In this document: positions 53,857 to 62,459 of the stretch, in pieces
Position numbering within the stretch: position 1 is the stretch's first letter
Layout: every line of letters starts with the position of its first letter
NCBI GenBank assembly: GCA_031459235.1
Contig: JAVKIY010000002.1
Coordinates: 5,026-69,025, forward strand
Direction of reading: 5' to 3'
DNA from: Candidatus Fervidifonticultor tertius
GTDB lineage: Bacteria; Sysuimicrobiota; Sysuimicrobiia; Sysuimicrobiales; Humicultoraceae
Length of the DNA stretch: 64,000 bases
Translations under genes and position numbers: made by a program
Notes under the pieces: generated by a model
The model's input: the letters and a program-made list of their open reading frames with translations, nothing else
Told to the model about the DNA's origin: nothing
Database searches by the model: none

Positions 53857-54924
53857 CTAGCGGCCGACGATCTCCCGATTCCACCGTTCGATCATCTGCT
53901 CGCGCGCCCCCGTGTTGAACCAGTCCCAGTCCCACTTGATGATCGACCGGATCTGCGGGGCGGTGTGCACGGGGACAAGCTGGGCCAGCTCGCCGCTGAA
54001 CCGCAGCGTCCGGTTGGCTGGGGTGAGGTAGTACTGGTTGACCCACCGCTCCTGCGTCTGGCGGCTCAGCATGTAGTTGACGAACGCGAACGCCGCGGCC
54101 TTGTTCTTCGAGCCCACGGTGACGTTCGTGTCCTGTTCGAACATGAACATGCCCTCGATGGGCGGGACGAACTCCAGCGGCGCGCCCTGGCGCTTGAGGC
54201 GCGAGACCGCCGGCGCGTCGATGATGCCGACGTGGACCTCGCCGCGGGTCAGCAGGATCTCCATGTCACCCGAGAAGTCGCTCTGTCGGAACGGCCGCAG
54301 CTCCTTGATCTTGTTGATGCCGGCCTCGATGTTCTTGGGGTCGTTGGCGAAGAGCTTGGCGGCCAGCATGATGAACATCGGCCCGGCGGAGTTGTTGATG
54401 CTGTAGATGCCGAGCCGGCCGCGGTACTCGGGGTTCCACAGGTCGGTCCACCGCTTGGGCGGGTTCTGGACTAGGTCCTTGCGGTAGCCGATGCCCAGCG
54501 GGTTCAGCCCGAAGATGACCCCCACGTCGTTCTTGTTGCGCAGCTCGGGCCAGACGTCCTTGAGGTTCGGCACGTTCTGCTCGGTCAGGCGCTCGAAGTG
54601 GCCTTCGAGCCGGGCCGCCGAGACCCACACGGCGTTCGCGATGACCACGTCGTAGGGCGGGTCGTTCTTGCCGGCCGCCCGGATCTTGGCGATCCAGTCG
54701 CGCGACAGTCCGACCGCCAGCTCGACGCGCACGCCCGGGTGCTCCGCCTGGAACCCCGGCACGATCGTGCTCCGCATGAACTGCTCCCAGGGGCCGCCGT
54801 AGCTGGTGACCACCAGGGTCCCCGAGAGCGCCGGACCGGCCGTCCCGGGGAGCGGGCCGGCCGCCATCACCACCAGCGCGACCAGCGCGACGAGCGCGGT
54901 GCGCCACCGGGTCTGCCACATCAT
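53857..54924 (-). CDS. ABC substrate-binding protein, family 1 (PotD/PotF-like)
   Basis: Start set at ATG 54924 (ATGA overlap with the iclR stop, GAGGAGG 8 nt upstream). Signal peptide. The VVTSYGGPWEQ pattern resembles polyamine-type SBPs. Confidence 0.75.
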   Translation of the reverse strand: MMWQTRWRTALVALVALVVMAAGPLPGTAGPALSGTLVVTSYGGPWEQFMRSTIVPGFQAEHPGVRVELAVGLSRDWIAKIRAAGKNDPPYDVVIANAVWVSAARLEGHFERLTEQNVPNLKDVWPELRNKNDVGVIFGLNPLGIGYRKDLVQNPPKRWTDLWNPEYRGRLGIYSINNSAGPMFIMLAAKLFANDPKNIEAGINKIKELRPFRQSDFSGDMEILLTRGEVHVGIIDAPAVSRLKRQGAPLEFVPPIEGMFMFEQDTNVTVGSKNKAAAFAFVNYMLSRQTQERWVNQYYLTPANRTLRFSGELAQLVPVHTAPQIRSIIKWDWDWFNTGAREQMIERWNREIVGR

Positions 54925-55730
54925 GCCGTCCACCTCCTCGACTTGGTGTGCGTGGCTGTGCCTTCCAGATCGTGAACGATGCCCGCCGCCGCGGCGCGGA
55001 GTTGCGCCACCAGGTGCGGCACGTCGCGCGGCCCGACGCGGGACGTGGGCCCGGCGACCGCGATGGCGCCCAGCAGCCGGCCGCCGCCGTGGACCGGGAC
55101 CGCGACGCCGAGCACCCCGGGCGTGAGCTCGCCGACCGAGTACGCGTACCCGCGCCGGCGAATGCGCCGTAGCTCGGCCGCGAGCCGCCGCGGGTCCGTC
55201 ACGGTGCGGGCCGTGATGCGCGGCAGCGGCCCGCGCAGGTGCCGCGCCTGCGCATCGGCCGGCAGGTGCGCCAGCAGCACCTTGTTGGTGGCGCCGGCGT
55301 GCAGCGGCCAGGGTGTGCCCACCGGCCGCGTGAGCTTGAGCGGCTCGTCGGTCTCCACCGTGTCGATGACGATCGCCGCATCGCCCTCGACCACCAGCAG
55401 GAACGACGACTCGCCGGTGGCCTCCATCAGGCGGCGCAGGTGGGGCCGCGCCACCGCGCGCAGGTCGACGCCGGCGAGCGCGACCTGACCCAGCCGCGCC
55501 AGCGCGAGGCTCAGCCGGTACGCGCGCCGGGGCTCGTCGTAGACGAGCAGCCGCCCGGCCTCCAGCGAGCGGAGGACCCGGTACGCCGTGCTCCGCGGCG
55601 CGTGCAGCGCGGCCGCGGCCGCCGCCAGATCCACCGAGGGGCGCTCGGCGGTGAACAGGTTGAGCACGGCGACGGCGCGCTCGACGCCCTTCAGCAGGTC
55701 GTCGGGTTCGTGCGCGCGCGGGCGGGCCAT
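54921..55730 (-). CDS. IclR family transcriptional regulator
   Basis: N-terminal wHTH (RAVAVLNLF...STAYRVLRSLE) plus a C-terminal IclR effector domain (GVLGVAVPV). Confidence 0.85.
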   Translation of the reverse strand: MARPRAHEPDDLLKGVERAVAVLNLFTAERPSVDLAAAAAALHAPRSTAYRVLRSLEAGRLLVYDEPRRAYRLSLALARLGQVALAGVDLRAVARPHLRRLMEATGESSFLLVVEGDAAIVIDTVETDEPLKLTRPVGTPWPLHAGATNKVLLAHLPADAQARHLRGPLPRITARTVTDPRRLAAELRRIRRRGYAYSVGELTPGVLGVAVPVHGGGRLLGAIAVAGPTSRVGPRDVPHLVAQLRAAAAGIVHDLEGTATHTKSRRWTA

Positions 55731-55813
55731 GGCTGAGTTTCCCTCTATGCGGGATAGCCTCCCGGATATGTGGGTATGGGGATTCGGCGGCCGGCGGCGC
55801 GCTCCTCCCGCGG

Positions 55814-56233
55814 TCAGCGGACGACCAGGACCGGACAGGGCGCGTCGTGGAGCACGCGGTAGGAGACCGACCCGAGCAGCGCCGCGCTCACCGGCGCCAG
55901 CCCGCGGGACCCCATGACGATCAGGTCGGCGCGCCGCGCGCGCGCGACCTCGAGGATGACCGCCGCGGGGGTGCCCTCGATGGCGTTCTCATCGTATCGC
56001 ACACCCCGCGCCGCGAGCTCCGCCGCGGCGGCCTTGACGATGCGGTCCGCGGCCGCCGTGTAGCGGGCCATCAGCTCGTCGATGAACGGGCTTCCCAGGT
56101 CACGGGGCACCGGGCCGAAGACATGTAGCACCACGACCGTAGCGCCGTAGCGGGCGGCCAGGTCGGCGGCGACCGCCAGCGCCTTGCGGGCGTGCTCGGA
56201 ACCGTCGGTGGGGTGCAGGATGGTCGTGAACAT
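55814..56233 (-). CDS. universal stress protein (UspA family)
   Basis: Trimmed to ATG 56233 (GGGAGG upstream). ILHPTDGSEHARKAL...DLIVMGSRG...GSVSYRVLHDAPCPVLVV. Confidence 0.85.
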   Translation of the reverse strand: MFTTILHPTDGSEHARKALAVAADLAARYGATVVVLHVFGPVPRDLGSPFIDELMARYTAAADRIVKAAAAELAARGVRYDENAIEGTPAAVILEVARARRADLIVMGSRGLAPVSAALLGSVSYRVLHDAPCPVLVVR

Positions 56234-56309
56234 GCGTGCGCCTCCCGAAATCGTGATGCGCGAGTCGTGCCGGCGCGCCGGGCGCCCCCCTCGCGTGACG
56301 TGAGCCGCG

Positions 56310-56558
56310 TTACAGGAGCCGCGCCGCGAGCAGGATGACCGCGGCCGCCGCCGCCGCGGCACCGACGACGACCCACAGGCGCGACCGCGGCGGCGCGCGC
56401 CGCTCCACCGGTCGGTGGCCGGGTGTTCGCGCGCACGCCTCGCAGTAGTTGCCCGCGCTCAGCCGGACCAGGCAGGTGGAGCACAACGGCTTCCCGCACC
56501 CGGCGCAGTACCCCAGCGCCAGGCGGTCGGCGTGGTGCGCGCACGCGATCCCGTTCAC
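56310..56558 (-). CDS. small B-box-like zinc-ribbon protein with C-terminal TM anchor
   Basis: Trimmed to GTG 56558 (GTGA overlap with the hydrolase stop). 82 aa. Cys/His ladder CAHH-x8-CAGC-x4-CSTC-x9-CEAC, then WVVVGAAAAAAAVILLAARLL. Confidence 0.55.
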   Translation of the reverse strand: MNGIACAHHADRLALGYCAGCGKPLCSTCLVRLSAGNYCEACARTPGHRPVERRAPPRSRLWVVVGAAAAAAAVILLAARLL

Positions 56559-57409
56559 CGGGCTACCCCTGCTGGCCGCGCGGCTACCTCCGAGAGGAAG
56601 CCCGTCAGCGCGGCGGTGAACGCCTCGGCGTCCTCGAGGTACGGCACGTGGCCCAGCCCGGGCAACAGCCGCAGCCGGGCGGTCGGAATCGCCGCGGCGA
56701 CCGCCTGCGCCTGCGCACACGGGATGACGCGGTCGGCCGTGCCCCAAATGACCAGCGTCGGGACGCCGATCCGCGCCGCCGCGTCGCGGATGGCACCGAC
56801 CAGCTCGGGCCGCACCCCGCCGCGGCCGAGCGTCTCGCGCAGCACGCGGAGGATCGTCCGGCGCACCTGGGGCCGCGCCAGGTTCCGCCGTGCGACCTCG
56901 ACCAGCCATCCGGGCACGAGAGCCGGGTCGGCGTAGGCACCCTCCATGCTGCGTCGGGGATGCCAGCGCAGGTAGGCGAGCAGCACCTCGCCGACCGCCG
57001 GAAGGGCGAGCCACCAGACCCCTCGGCCCACCGGCCGGGCGAAGCCGGCGGGCGCGGCGAGCACGAGCGAGGTGAACAGGTCCGGGGCGCGCCCGGCCGT
57101 GAGCGTCGCGATGCCTCCGCCCAGCGACGTCCCCACGAGCGCGGCGCCGGCGACATCCAGCGCGGCGAGGATGGCCAGCACCGCCTCGACCGCCCCCTCG
57201 GGCGTGTACGCACCTGGCAGCGAGTCGGACAATCCGAACCCCGGGAAGTCGAACCGCACGACTGTGTGGCGGTCGGCGAGCGCCGGCGCCGTGAGGTCCC
57301 ACGACTCCAGCGAGGCCCCCAATCCGTGGATGAGCACGACGGCCGGTCCGGTCCCCTCGCGCCGGTAGCGGATGCGCGCGCCCCGCACCTCGACGTACCG
57401 GTCAGCCAC
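56555..57409 (-). CDS. alpha/beta hydrolase fold protein
   Basis: VVLIHGLGAS oxyanion region, nucleophile elbow GTSLGG, and a C-terminal His (GLGHVPYLE). Confidence 0.8.
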   Translation of the reverse strand: MADRYVEVRGARIRYRREGTGPAVVLIHGLGASLESWDLTAPALADRHTVVRFDFPGFGLSDSLPGAYTPEGAVEAVLAILAALDVAGAALVGTSLGGGIATLTAGRAPDLFTSLVLAAPAGFARPVGRGVWWLALPAVGEVLLAYLRWHPRRSMEGAYADPALVPGWLVEVARRNLARPQVRRTILRVLRETLGRGGVRPELVGAIRDAAARIGVPTLVIWGTADRVIPCAQAQAVAAAIPTARLRLLPGLGHVPYLEDAEAFTAALTGFLSEVAARPAGVAR

Positions 57410-58274
57410 GGCGTGGCGCCCCCGCGGCGCGCCCGACCGTGCGCAACCTCCGGAGGCGGGCCAGGTTCTTGCCGTCCGGCCCGCGCCGGTCGAAGCCCGG
57501 CGTCTCGATGATGCCCGGCAGCGGCCGCACCGCGGGGTGGGTGAGCAGCGCGCGGAACCCGGCGAGGCCGATCTCCCCCTCGCCGATGTTGGCGTGCCGG
57601 TCCAACCCAGAGCCCAGCCCGGCCGCAGAGTCGTTCAGGTGGAAGAGCCGCACGCGCGCCCACCCGAAGGCCCGATCGGCGGCCCGGACCATCGCCTCCA
57701 CGCCGTCGGGCGTGCGGAGGTCCCACCCGGCGGCAAAGAGGTGCGCGCTGTCCAGGCAGACGCCCACGCGCGGGTGACCGTCCAGGTGCCCGAGCACGGC
57801 TGCCAGGTCGTCGAACGACGCGCCGAGCGTGCCGCCGGCGCCCGCCCCGTTCTCCAGCAGTACCATCGTGCCCGGCACCGCCTCGAGGACCGCCCGCACA
57901 GCCGATGCGACTCGCCGCAGGGCCGGCGCGCGCGCGCCGTCCCGCCGGCTGCCCAGGTGGGTGACCGCGCCCAGCCCGCCCAGCCGCGCGATGCCGGCGG
58001 TGGTGGCGCGTAGCGAGGCGATCGAGCGGCGTCGGTCCGGGCCGGAGGCCGCGGCCAGATTCACCAGGTAGGCGGCGTGGCCGACGAGCGGGTCGAGCCC
58101 TGCCCGCGCCCGCTTCTCGACGAACCGCGCGACCGCGGCCTCCGGGTAGGTCACGATGCGCCACTGCCGTGGCGACCCGTAGAAGATCTGCAGGCACTCG
58201 CACCCCAGCGCGCGCGCCCGGTCCACCGCCAGGTCGAGCGAGCCGCTGATCGACACGTGCGCGCCGAGGACCAT
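57402..58274 (-). CDS. nfo: deoxyribonuclease IV (endonuclease IV)
   Basis: HAAYLVNLA, LENGAG, CLDSAHLFAAGWD, HLNDS and DRHANIGEGEIG match the Endo IV metal-site blocks. Confidence 0.85.
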   Translation of the reverse strand: MVLGAHVSISGSLDLAVDRARALGCECLQIFYGSPRQWRIVTYPEAAVARFVEKRARAGLDPLVGHAAYLVNLAAASGPDRRRSIASLRATTAGIARLGGLGAVTHLGSRRDGARAPALRRVASAVRAVLEAVPGTMVLLENGAGAGGTLGASFDDLAAVLGHLDGHPRVGVCLDSAHLFAAGWDLRTPDGVEAMVRAADRAFGWARVRLFHLNDSAAGLGSGLDRHANIGEGEIGLAGFRALLTHPAVRPLPGIIETPGFDRRGPDGKNLARLRRLRTVGRAAGAPRRG

Positions 58275-58320
58275 CGTCGCACCGATTCTCCAAGCGGTCG
58301 CACGGCCCTGCGGCGCCGCC

Positions 58321-60117
58321 TCACAGCGGCCAGCGCAGGGCGATCACCGCCAGCATCGTCGCCGTCAGCAGCACCGCGAGCGGCGCGCCGACGCGGGTGT
58401 AGTCGGCGAACCGGTACCCGCCCGGCCCCATGACCATCAGCGAGACCGGGTGGCTGATCGGGGTGAGCAATGTCACCGAGGTCGCCGAGGCCACCGCGAT
58501 CGCGAACGGCGCCGGGGGCGCGCCCACCGCGGCGGCCGCGGCCAGGGCGATCGGCATCATGATGATCGTGTTGGGCACGCTCGTGACAACGTGTCCCAGC
58601 GCGACCGCGAGCAGCACGACGATCGCCAGCACGGCCAGCGGGTTCGCGCCGGCCAGCGGCACGACCGCGTGCGCGACCGCGTCCGCCACGCCGGTGAACT
58701 GCAGCACCGCGCCCAGCGGCAGCAAGCCGCCGGTGACGACCACGACCGGCCAGTCGATCGACTGGAACGCCTCCTGGGTGGTGACGCAGCCGCCGACCAC
58801 GACGATCCCGGCGGCCAGCAGCGCCGCGAGGCTGAGCGGCAGCGCGCCCGAGGTCGCCAGGACGATCAAGACCAGCGCCGCGGCCACCGCCACGGCCGCG
58901 CGCGACTCGCGCAGCACGGGCGCCTCGTCCAGCGAGATGTAGTTGGGGTCCTGACGGAGGAAGCGGATGCGCTCGCGCGGCCCCTGGACCAGGAGCGCGT
59001 CGCCGTACTGGAGCGGGAGGTCCGCGAGCCAGGTCCGCCGCGGCCGACCCTCGCGCCAGATCGCGGCCACCGTGAGGCCGTAGCGCTGCCGGAACTCCAG
59101 CTCGCGCAGGCTCTTGCCGATCAGGTCGGAGCGCGGCGCCAGCACCACCTCGGCCAGGCCGATGTCCTCGCTTTCCAGCGACGCGCGCGAGGCCTCGGTC
59201 TCGGGGTTGACTTCCACGCCGTTGCCCTCGCGGAGGCGCGCGACGTCGTGTGGGCGCGCCTCGACGATGAGAGCGTCGCCGGCGGCCAGCCGCTCCTCGG
59301 GCCCCGGTGCCTGGATCCAGCGATGGTGCCGCCGCAGCGCGAGCACGATGACGCCGAACTCGGCGCTGAGCGACGTCTGTGCGATGGGACGCCCCGCCAG
59401 CGGCGAGCCCTCGGGGATGCGGATGCGGTAGAGCCGCTCAGCGAGCTGGTAGGTCTCGGCCAGGCCGCGCCGGCGTCTCACCGGAACCTGCGCGGGGACG
59501 GCGGTCCCTGTCGGCAATAGGCGCCGACCGACGGTCGCCATGAAGGCGGTCCCGATGACCAGCATCGCCGCCCCGACCGGGAAGAAGCTGAAAAACCCCA
59601 GCGGTGGGGCGCCGCTCTCGATGAGCAGCCCGTTGGCGACCAGGTTGGACGGCTTGCCGATCAGCGTCAGCGCGCCGCCCAGCCGCCCGCCGATCGCGAG
59701 CGGCATCAGCAGCCGGGCCGGGCTCACCCCGGCCTCCCGGCTGACCGCGATGGTCACCGGCAGCAGCATCGCGATCGCACCGAAGATGTTCATGATGCCC
59801 GACAGCGCGCCCGCCAGGCCCATCAAGGCCACGAGCAGCGCGGCCTCGCTGCCGCCGGCCGCGCGCAGCAGCCACCGCGCGAGCCGCACCGCCACGCCGG
59901 TGCGCTCGAGCCCGGCGCTCAGCACGAAGACCGCGGTGATCGTCAACACGTTGGGATCGCCGAACCCGGCGAACGCCGCGGCCGGCGAGAGCAGGCGACT
60001 GACGCCCAGCGCCAGCACCACCGCCATCGCGATCAGCTCCGGGCGCAGTCGGCCCCAGGCGAACGCGGCCACGGCGGCGGCGAGGATGGCGACGACGATC
60101 CAGCCTTCGGTCGTCAT
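58321..60117 (-). CDS. SLC13/DASS-type permease with two central TrkA-C (RCK_C) domains
   Basis: 598 aa. Polytopic halves flank two RCK_C-like repeats (RIRIPEGSPLAGRPI...; EVVLAPRSDLIGKSL...). Confidence 0.75.
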   Translation of the reverse strand: MTTEGWIVVAILAAAVAAFAWGRLRPELIAMAVVLALGVSRLLSPAAAFAGFGDPNVLTITAVFVLSAGLERTGVAVRLARWLLRAAGGSEAALLVALMGLAGALSGIMNIFGAIAMLLPVTIAVSREAGVSPARLLMPLAIGGRLGGALTLIGKPSNLVANGLLIESGAPPLGFFSFFPVGAAMLVIGTAFMATVGRRLLPTGTAVPAQVPVRRRRGLAETYQLAERLYRIRIPEGSPLAGRPIAQTSLSAEFGVIVLALRRHHRWIQAPGPEERLAAGDALIVEARPHDVARLREGNGVEVNPETEASRASLESEDIGLAEVVLAPRSDLIGKSLRELEFRQRYGLTVAAIWREGRPRRTWLADLPLQYGDALLVQGPRERIRFLRQDPNYISLDEAPVLRESRAAVAVAAALVLIVLATSGALPLSLAALLAAGIVVVGGCVTTQEAFQSIDWPVVVVTGGLLPLGAVLQFTGVADAVAHAVVPLAGANPLAVLAIVVLLAVALGHVVTSVPNTIIMMPIALAAAAAVGAPPAPFAIAVASATSVTLLTPISHPVSLMVMGPGGYRFADYTRVGAPLAVLLTATMLAVIALRWPL

Positions 60118-60162
60118 TCGGCGGCGGACCGCGCGTGCGCGCGGCCTTGCTGAGCAGTTCGA

Positions 60163-60191
60163 TTGACACCGCCAGGCCGCCTCTCTATCCT
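60163..60191 (+). promoter_or_regulatory. sigma70-type promoter giving a near-leaderless transcript
   Basis: TTGACA (60163-60168), 17-nt spacer, TATCCT (60186-60191). ATG 60201 is only 9 nt past the -10 box and has no SD. Confidence 0.55.
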
Positions 60192-60200
60192 TGGGGCATC

Positions 60201-61106
60201 ATGGCGCAGGCGCGCCCCGTGCCCCGCCTGGCCGCAGACCTCGCGCTGCTCGTCGTCGCCGGTTTCTGGGGGCTGACCTTCCCGTTCGGCAAGCTTGTCC
60301 TGGGCGTGCTGCCACCGTTCACCTACCTGGCAGCGCGATTCACGCTCGGTGCCGTGCTGCTCGTCGTCGGGCACACTACTGCGGCCCGGGAGTCTCATCC
60401 GCGTCGGTGGGGCGCGGCCGGGGCAGTCGGCGCGGTCTTCTTCCTGGGCTACGCGTTCCAGACCGTGGGGCTGCGCCTGACGACCGCCTCGAAGGCCGCG
60501 TTCATCACCGGTCTCTCGGTGGTGCTGGTGCCGGTGATCGCCGCCCTCTGGCTGCGCCGCGCCCCGCCACCGGCGGTGTGGGGAGGCATCGCCGCGGCGA
60601 CGGCCGGCCTCGGGCTGCTGTCGCTCGACGGCCCGGCCGCGGTGCAGGCGGGCGACCTGCTCGTGCTGGCCGGCGCGGTGTGCTTCGCGTTGCACATCGT
60701 CCTCGTGGGCCGGCTGGCCGCCACCATCGCCCCGCCGGCCTTCGCGGCCGCGCAGATCGTGGCCGTGATGGCGCTGAGCACGCTGGCGGCGCTTCCCGAG
60801 CGGCCGCTCGCCGCGCTCGGCGCGGCGCCGGCGGACGTCTGGGCGATGGTCGCTTTCATGGCCGCCACGGCCACGGTCGGCGCGCTGCTCGTACAGACGT
60901 GGGCCCAGCGGTTCACCCCGCCGGCCCACGTGGGCCTGATGTTCACGTTCGAACCGGTGGCGGCGGCGATCGCGGCGTACCTGCTGCTGGGCGAGGTCCT
61001 GGCAGTCCGGCAGACCCTCGGCGCGCTGTTGATCCTCGGCGGGATCGTGCTCGCCGAGGCCCCAGGCAGCCTACCTGCCACGACGCGGCCGGTGCCGGGC
61101 GACTGA
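60201..61106 (+). CDS. DMT superfamily (EamA-like) transporter
   Basis: Start set at ATG 60201. Ten-TM pattern with two EamA repeats (FWGLTFPFGK..., FIAATATVGALLVQTWAQR...). Confidence 0.8.
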   Translation: MAQARPVPRLAADLALLVVAGFWGLTFPFGKLVLGVLPPFTYLAARFTLGAVLLVVGHTTAARESHPRRWGAAGAVGAVFFLGYAFQTVGLRLTTASKAAFITGLSVVLVPVIAALWLRRAPPPAVWGGIAAATAGLGLLSLDGPAAVQAGDLLVLAGAVCFALHIVLVGRLAATIAPPAFAAAQIVAVMALSTLAALPERPLAALGAAPADVWAMVAFMAATATVGALLVQTWAQRFTPPAHVGLMFTFEPVAAAIAAYLLLGEVLAVRQTLGALLILGGIVLAEAPGSLPATTRPVPGD

Positions 61107-61170
61107 GCCGACGGGCCGGTCCGGTGGTGCGGCGGGCCGGGTGTTCTCTATTCCTCGAGGAGGAACGGCG

Positions 61171-62358
61171 ATGCGGGACCGCAGGGGGTTCCAGACACGA
61201 GCGATCCACGGCGGGGCGGTGCGCGACGGGCTGCGGGCCGTGACCTTTCCGATCTACGAAAGCTCGACGTTTTGGTACGACACCGTCGCCGAGGGCGCGG
61301 CACTGGGGGCCGACCGCGGGGAAGGATGGTACTACACGCGGTGGGGCAACCCGACCACGCGCCTGTTCGAGGAGCGGATCGCGCTGCTCGAAGGCGGCGA
61401 GGACGCGCTGGCGACAGCATCGGGCATGGCCGCGATCACGACGGCCGTGCTCAGCACAGCCCCGCCCGGGACGCACGTGGTCGCCCCCCGCGCCATCTAC
61501 CAGGCGACCTCCGAGCTCCTCCGCGTGGTCGCGCCTCGCCTGGGCATCGAGGTGACCTTCATCGACGGCATGGACGTCGAGGCCTACGAGCGCGCGCTGC
61601 GGCCGGTCACCCGCCTGCTCTACATCGAGACGCCCAACAACCCGCTCCTTCAGGTGGGCGACATCGCGGCGATCGTCGCGCTCGCCCGTGGGGCGGGCGC
61701 GGCCACGATCGTGGACAACACTTTCGCGTCACCGTTCAACCAGCGGCCGCTCGAGCTGGGCGCCGACCTGGTCGTGCACAGCGCGACCAAGTACCTGGGT
61801 GGCCACGCCGACGTCACCGCCGGGGTCATCGTCGGGAGCCGCGAGCGGATCGCCGAGGCGAAGCGCCTGTTCCGCATCCTGGGCCCGGTGCTCGACCCGA
61901 TGGCGGCCTGGCTGCTGCTCCGGGGGCTCAAGACCCTGGGCGTGCGCGTCGAGCGGCACAACCACAACGCGATGCGGCTCGCCCAGTTCCTGGCCGGCCA
62001 CCCGCAGGTGGCTGTCGTCCACTACCCGGGGTTGCCGTCGCACCCGCAACACGCGGTCGCCGCGCGTCAGATGCGCGGGTTCGGCGGGATGCTCTCGTTC
62101 GAGGTGCGCGGTGGCCTCGACGCCGGGGTGCGGTGCGTGGAGGCGCTGCGGACCTGCCTGATGGCGGTCAGCCTGGGTGGGGTGGAGACCTTGGTGGCGC
62201 ACCCGGCGTCCACCACGAGCGTCGGCATCCCGCAGGCGGAGCGGGAACGCGCGGGGATCACCGACGGGCTGATCCGGGTCTCGGTCGGGATCGAGGACGT
62301 CGAGGACCTGATCGCCGACTTCGATCAGGCGCTGCGCGCGGCGGGTGCGCAGGGTTGA
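61171..62358 (+). CDS. Cys/Met-metabolism PLP enzyme (cystathionine gamma-synthase/gamma-lyase/methionine gamma-lyase family)
   Basis: Start set at ATG 61171 (GAGGAGGA upstream). YTRWGNPT, DNTFASP and HSATKYLGGH (PLP Lys) blocks. Confidence 0.85.
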   Translation: MRDRRGFQTRAIHGGAVRDGLRAVTFPIYESSTFWYDTVAEGAALGADRGEGWYYTRWGNPTTRLFEERIALLEGGEDALATASGMAAITTAVLSTAPPGTHVVAPRAIYQATSELLRVVAPRLGIEVTFIDGMDVEAYERALRPVTRLLYIETPNNPLLQVGDIAAIVALARGAGAATIVDNTFASPFNQRPLELGADLVVHSATKYLGGHADVTAGVIVGSRERIAEAKRLFRILGPVLDPMAAWLLLRGLKTLGVRVERHNHNAMRLAQFLAGHPQVAVVHYPGLPSHPQHAVAARQMRGFGGMLSFEVRGGLDAGVRCVEALRTCLMAVSLGGVETLVAHPASTTSVGIPQAERERAGITDGLIRVSVGIEDVEDLIADFDQALRAAGAQG

Positions 62359-62410
62359 GTTCGGCGTCCCGGGTGAGCCGGCGCTGGTCGGCGGGGCCGC
62401 GAGACGCCGA

Positions 62411-62434
62411 GGGGCGGCGCCTGCGCGCCGCCCC
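62411..62434. terminator. GC hairpin between convergent genes (candidate bidirectional terminator)
   Basis: Perfect 10-bp stem GGGGCGGCGC (62411-62420) / GCGCCGCCCC (62425-62434) with a 4-nt loop (CTGC). No U-tract. Confidence 0.55.
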
Positions 62435-62459
62435 CGGTGAGCGTCAGACCGCGCGGCCG

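Noticed and set aside
56234-56309. 76-nt intergenic segment of tRNA-like length, and other gaps (9293-9375, 55731-55813, 45776-45814), checked for tRNA or small RNA genes.
   Set aside because: No T-loop (GTTCRANYC-like) or cloverleaf pairing was seen. The CCGGCGCGCCGG palindrome has no loop. Nothing supports an RNA gene.
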